Assembly: GCA_963843145.1 (NCBI GenBank)
Contig: CAWJJC010000022.1
Location: forward strand, 96,001-160,000
Length of the DNA: 64,000 bases
DNA from: an uncultured delta proteobacterium
Lineage (GTDB): Bacteria > Desulfobacterota > RBG-13-43-22
Reading direction: 5' to 3'
Below the pieces are notes generated by a model. That model worked only from the letters and a program-made list of their open reading frames with translations, was not told the origin of the DNA and searched no databases. The position numbers and the translations under genes are program-made. Shown here in pieces: positions 60,441 to 64,000 of the stretch (positions are counted from its first letter, which is position 1; each line of letters starts with the position of its first letter).

Positions 60441-60851
60441 ATGGATAAGGACAACGACACCCACCTGAAGTCCGTCGGCTACATCCTCTGGCTCTTTGGC
60501 TTTACCGGCTCGCATCGTTTTTATTTCGGCAAGCCGCTTTCGGGGACCGTCTATTTCTTTACCTTCGGACTGTTGGGAATCGGCTGGCTAATCGACCTGT
60601 TTTTGATCCCCTCCCTGGACCGAAAGGCGGATCGAAGGTTTAAGGCCGGCCCCATCGACTATACCGGGGCCTGGATAATGTTGACCTTCCTTGGCTTCTT
60701 GGGCATCCACCGGATGTATCTGGGTAAATGGGGCACCGGGATTATTTATCTCTTGACCGGTGGATTGCTTGGCCTGGGATATTTGTATGACCTCTGGACC
60801 TTGAACGACCAAGTCCACGAAATCAACAACGCTCAGGCGCAAACCTATTGA
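60441..60851 (+). CDS. TM2 domain membrane protein
   Basis: Two TM2 repeats (GSHRFYFGK, GIHRMYLGK). Confidence 0.9.
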   Translation: MDKDNDTHLKSVGYILWLFGFTGSHRFYFGKPLSGTVYFFTFGLLGIGWLIDLFLIPSLDRKADRRFKAGPIDYTGAWIMLTFLGFLGIHRMYLGKWGTGIIYLLTGGLLGLGYLYDLWTLNDQVHEINNAQAQTY

Positions 60852-60901
60852 TTTTGAAGTCACGCCTCGGCCTAATAGGCCTCGTTTTTTGCTTTAGGAA
60901 G

Positions 60902-61552
60902 TTAAAAAGCTCCCGGGGAAAAAGCTAGAAGGAATTGGCCGGCGTAATACAGGGGAAGCCCGATCAGGCGGTTGAAAAATGTCTTTCTAATGAATTGATC
61001 GCGGGCCACAAAAAGATCCGAGAGGTAAAACAGGATGGCCCCCCAGAAAAGCAAGGCCTTTCCCGTCCAGGGCAAGTCAGGCCTTTCGAAAACCGCCCAG
61101 GCCCCGAAGACCATCAGCGTAATGACCGCCACATAAGCCAGAACCGGAAGCTTCATGGCCCCCAGATGGGGCCAAAGCCAGCGGCAGATCCCCAGACTGA
61201 CAGCGAGAACAAGAACGTCCCCGGGAGAAAACCAGCCCTTGAAAGGGATCAGGAAAGTGAAGGCCAGGATATAGAGCACATGGCCGAGCAGGAAAGCCAC
61301 CAATCCTGCCCTAAACCACTTCAGCCCCGAAAAAGCTAAGCAAACATCCCCTACCAAGCAAAAGATTAACCCCAGAGTCAAATATCGGGTGAATGCTTCG
61401 TTGGCGCCCGGTTGAAGAAAAACCGTGATCACAAAAAGAAGGGACAGCAAAGACTTGGTCACGATTCGGCCAAAGGGTTGTCCCATTTTTTCATAATAAA
61501 GAAGGACGATCAGCAAAAGGACCCCTAAGCCCGGAATAAGAAAATGTCCCAT
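60902..61552 (-). CDS. YhhN family lysoplasmalogenase-like membrane protein
   Basis: GDVCL, FLLGHVLYI, FYLSDLF, YYAGQ. Confidence 0.9.
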   Translation of the reverse strand: MGHFLIPGLGVLLLIVLLYYEKMGQPFGRIVTKSLLSLLFVITVFLQPGANEAFTRYLTLGLIFCLVGDVCLAFSGLKWFRAGLVAFLLGHVLYILAFTFLIPFKGWFSPGDVLVLAVSLGICRWLWPHLGAMKLPVLAYVAVITLMVFGAWAVFERPDLPWTGKALLFWGAILFYLSDLFVARDQFIRKTFFNRLIGLPLYYAGQFLLAFSPGAF

Positions 61553-61656
61553 ACTTTCCCTTCAATGGATGCTCGCCGGTATTGGATTCAAAGGCCTAAC
61601 CAAAAATAGTAGTCAGCGTTTTGAAACAACCAGGGCTTGGAGTCCGGCGGAGGGCA

Positions 61657-62549
61657 TTATGATTCCTCTTCCAGGTCCCTGACCACCTTCCGAACAATCT
61701 CGGGCAGGTCATTCAAGTCATGGGGCCGGATAAGGCGCCGAAAAGGGACTTCTTGGGCCAGTCGGGCGGAGTGCCGGAAGTGTAGCCGGTGGTTTTCCCC
61801 GGCTTTCAGGGAACGGAGGGTATAGGTATAACGAAGCAAGGCGATAACCGCTTCCGGCCGGCTAAGCGGTAGAAGTTCGATACCTCTGCCTTTTTCAAGC
61901 AGGTAGACGCGCTTCAGAGGAAAGGGCTCGAGTCGAAAAACCCTCAGGGACCCGAGGAGTAATCTTTTCTTCCAGGGGACTTCTTGGGGAAGATTTTTCC
62001 GAATCGAACCCCAAGGAGGCGGCCGTTTCCGGATAGCAGTTTTAAATGAGGAAAAGCCGGGCAGATCAGGGGGACGGCTTCATCGGTCCGGATAACCAGG
62101 ACGTCATCGGCAATGAGGGGATATTTGTCGCTAAAGGCCGCCGCCATGGTGGACTTGCCTTCACCGGAATGACCTAAAAAAGCCACCCCCTGGCCGTCAA
62201 TAGCCACGGCACTTCCGTGCAGAACGAGAAAACCTCGCAGAAAGGCCAGGGTCCCGAGCACATTGCCCAAGAGAAAAAGACGAAGCGAACCCTCGTCTAC
62301 CCCGGGGGCCGGATCAATAAGAATCTGGTTTCCGGCACGAATTAAAAAAGAGCCGATGCCGGCATAGGAAAAATAGGCTTCCCCATCTGTCACCCGTAGG
62401 GTTGTTTCCGAAAACCGGTCCAGGGTGCCGGCTTCATCCGGCCGAGGGAAAAGAATATCCACATCATATTTCCCCGCACTCCCCTCGATCAGTTCAGGAA
62501 GCTGAAGCTCAGAACGGATGGCCAAGCCAAAGGCCTGGTAGTAATACAA
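61657..62549 (-). CDS. HPr-kinase-like kinase of the lasso cluster (frameshift near 62035)
   Basis: YQAFGL.I.SE, LHGSAV, GHSGEGKST, IADD, PAFPHLKL; continues in a shifted frame into ORF 61657-61839. Confidence 0.85.
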
Positions 62550-62590
62550 ACTTATAACCTATTGTCCTCGGATTATCTCAAAGGTGCTGG

Positions 62591-62743
62591 TTAGACTGAC
62601 GTCGCTACCCGTCGCCCCAATTTTAAAACCTCCTTGTTAATCAGACTTTGCTCGGTGATCTTTTCCACGGATCCGTGAACGACCAATTCAGGCTTTTGGT
62701 AGGGTTTCTTTTCATTCTGGATTTGAAGGTTTTTTTCTTTCAT
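62591..62743 (-). CDS. Lasso peptide precursor A2 (50 aa; absent from the ORF track)
   Basis: AGGAG RBS; MKEKNLQIQNEKKPYQKPELVVHGSVEKITE-QSLINKEVLKLGRRVATSV with YxxPxL leader motif and Thr(-2). Confidence 0.85.
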   Translation of the reverse strand: MKEKNLQIQNEKKPYQKPELVVHGSVEKITEQSLINKEVLKLGRRVATSV

Positions 62744-62849
62744 TTTCTTTCTCCTTTGTTTTTCGAAATCATCCCGGATTAGGTCCGGGATCCATGAAGT
62801 TTTCCTGTCGAAACCCCAAGGCTCTCACAGGATTAGGGAAAGCTCAGGG

Positions 62850-63005
62850 CTAAACGGTGATGGACGCAGTAACCGCGTTGGTTTTAAAACCTTCGCGGTT
62901 AATCAGACTTTGTTCGGTGATTTTTTCCACGGATCCGTGAACGACCAATTCGGGTTTTTGGTACGGCTTCTTTATCTTTTCGATCAAAATCTCTTTTTCC
63001 TTCAA
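62850..63005 (-). CDS. Lasso peptide precursor A1 (51 aa, TTG start)
   Basis: MKEKEILIEKIKKPYQKPELVVHGSVEKITE-QSLINREGFKTNAVTASITV; purine-rich RBS before TTG 63005. Confidence 0.87.
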   Translation of the reverse strand: MKEKEILIEKIKKPYQKPELVVHGSVEKITEQSLINREGFKTNAVTASITV

Positions 63006-63029
63006 CTTTTGTCCCCCCTTATTTTTCGT

Positions 63030-63106
63030 CGTCATCCCGGACTTGCTTCGGGATCCAGGAAGCTCAGCCCCGTACTGGGATCCGGCCATCGCCAGCCAGA
63101 ATGATG
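63030..63106. repeat. CGTCAT-type REP-like element (a degenerate half-copy lies at 62769-62794)
   Basis: CGTCATCCCGGACTTGCTTCGGGATCCAG...CTGGGATCC...GAATGATG. Confidence 0.6.
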
Positions 63107-63186
63107 ACCTGATTAAACCAGATAATAACCTATTTTCACGCTTCCTGGGTACCCGATGCGGATATCGGGATATTATCCAAATTGGA

Positions 63187-63624
63187 TTACCTTTTGCGAA
63201 ACTCCAGATCCCCCAGGGTTGGAAACGCGGTATATGGTTCAACCGCTCCTCCGAGCAGCACCATCCCCTGGGATTCCAGCCAGGCGTGGGCCTTCACCCG
63301 CTTTTCGGTTTCGTCCTTCAATACCCCGATGCGCAGGTCCGTCTGATGTCCATGTCGAGCCAGAAAGGCTTGCCCGGCTATGGCCCGCACCAGGCAGGTG
63401 GCCCGGGGCACATTTCTCCCGGCGGTATCCATTGCCCCGAGCAACCGATTCAGTGGAAATGAAGCCGGTCCTCGTTTGATCGGAGCCCGCTTGATCAGGG
63501 TCAGCATCGTCCGGAAAGGAAGAAGCCACAAACCGCATTTTACTCCCCAGACGAACAGCAATGCTTTTATCAAAAGTCCCTTTTCGGGTAAAGGCAGTTT
63601 TAGAAAATTATGCACCTTTTTCAT
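63187..63624 (-). CDS. Lasso peptide leader peptidase B2 (transglutaminase-like)
   Basis: ATCLVRAIA...LRIGV...AHAWLE catalytic Cys/His pattern. Confidence 0.92.
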   Translation of the reverse strand: MKKVHNFLKLPLPEKGLLIKALLFVWGVKCGLWLLPFRTMLTLIKRAPIKRGPASFPLNRLLGAMDTAGRNVPRATCLVRAIAGQAFLARHGHQTDLRIGVLKDETEKRVKAHAWLESQGMVLLGGAVEPYTAFPTLGDLEFRKR

Positions 63625-63910
63625 CGGTACACTCGATCAGGCCGTTGGCCAAAAGGGTCTTCATTAATTCGACTAAATCCCGCTCACATTGATCGGGCTT
63701 CACCTGGTATTCCTCGAGAATTCGATCCCTGAGGCTACTTACTTTAATCGGTTTTTGAATTGAATTCCAGATAAAATTTCCCAGGGAGTTCATTCCATAG
63801 TACATCCCGGCTTTCAGGGCTAGAATAACCGATTCCCCGCCCAAGTCGCACGAGACCTGGTCTTGAACAGCGACTACGGTTTGAGATATGAAGGGATCAT
63901 CCTGCAGCAT
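63608..63910 (-). CDS. PqqD-family RiPP recognition element (lasso B1)
   Basis: QVSCDLGGESVIL...YYGMNSLG.FIW...EEYQV..DQCERDL..L...GLI; overlaps B2. Confidence 0.92.
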   Translation of the reverse strand: MLQDDPFISQTVVAVQDQVSCDLGGESVILALKAGMYYGMNSLGNFIWNSIQKPIKVSSLRDRILEEYQVKPDQCERDLVELMKTLLANGLIECTDEKGA

Positions 63911-64000
63911 GGCGACGCTCCATCAAAATGTAACCTTACGTTTTCCAAAATAACCAAATGATTTTTGTATTAAACCCCCATGCCCGCGGGGGCCCCACGA

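Noticed and set aside
62850-63242. 130 aa ORF as the lasso precursor
   Set aside because: The N-terminal extension overlaps B2 and runs through a REP-like element; alignment with A2 and the RBS place the start at TTG 63005.
1-64000. CRISPR arrays, rRNA, tRNA, integrase or transposase genes
   Set aside because: No regularly spaced direct repeats, rRNA/tRNA signatures or recombinase motifs were seen by eye; a tRNAscan/Infernal run would be needed to exclude them.

Overview
A 64 kb chromosomal window from an anaerobic, probably Desulfobacterota (deltaproteobacterial) genome. The assembly appears indel-prone: recB, recD, ppdK and several other genes are split by single-base frameshifts. The main discovery is an ArsR-regulated operon (30.8-34.8 kb) that the ORF track fragments at four in-frame TGA codons. 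Read as selenocysteine (U), these give three selenoproteins: an LULAxC-motif protein; a rhodanese(U-x4-U)-CcdA/DsbD-thioredoxin fusion with two Sec 15 nt apart; and an NEPxGxxU thioredoxin-like protein. A GcvH-like and a DsrC/TusE-like protein lie in the same operon. It sits in a larger sulfur/redox neighbourhood with a sigma54-driven TusA-MvhD-HdrA-HdrA-HdrC-CCG-DsrE operon, hcp with an FNR/HcpR-type box, and three TauE exporters. The right end holds a partial lasso-peptide cluster (B1, B2, two tandem precursors, one missed by the ORF track, and an HPr-kinase-like kinase). Other items are a low-GC three-gene TIGR04255 island (possible toxin-antitoxin-chaperone module), a c-di-GMP-I riboswitch, MITE/REP-like repeats, and housekeeping genes (ctpA, TolC-like, lsrF-like, recCBD, ppdK).
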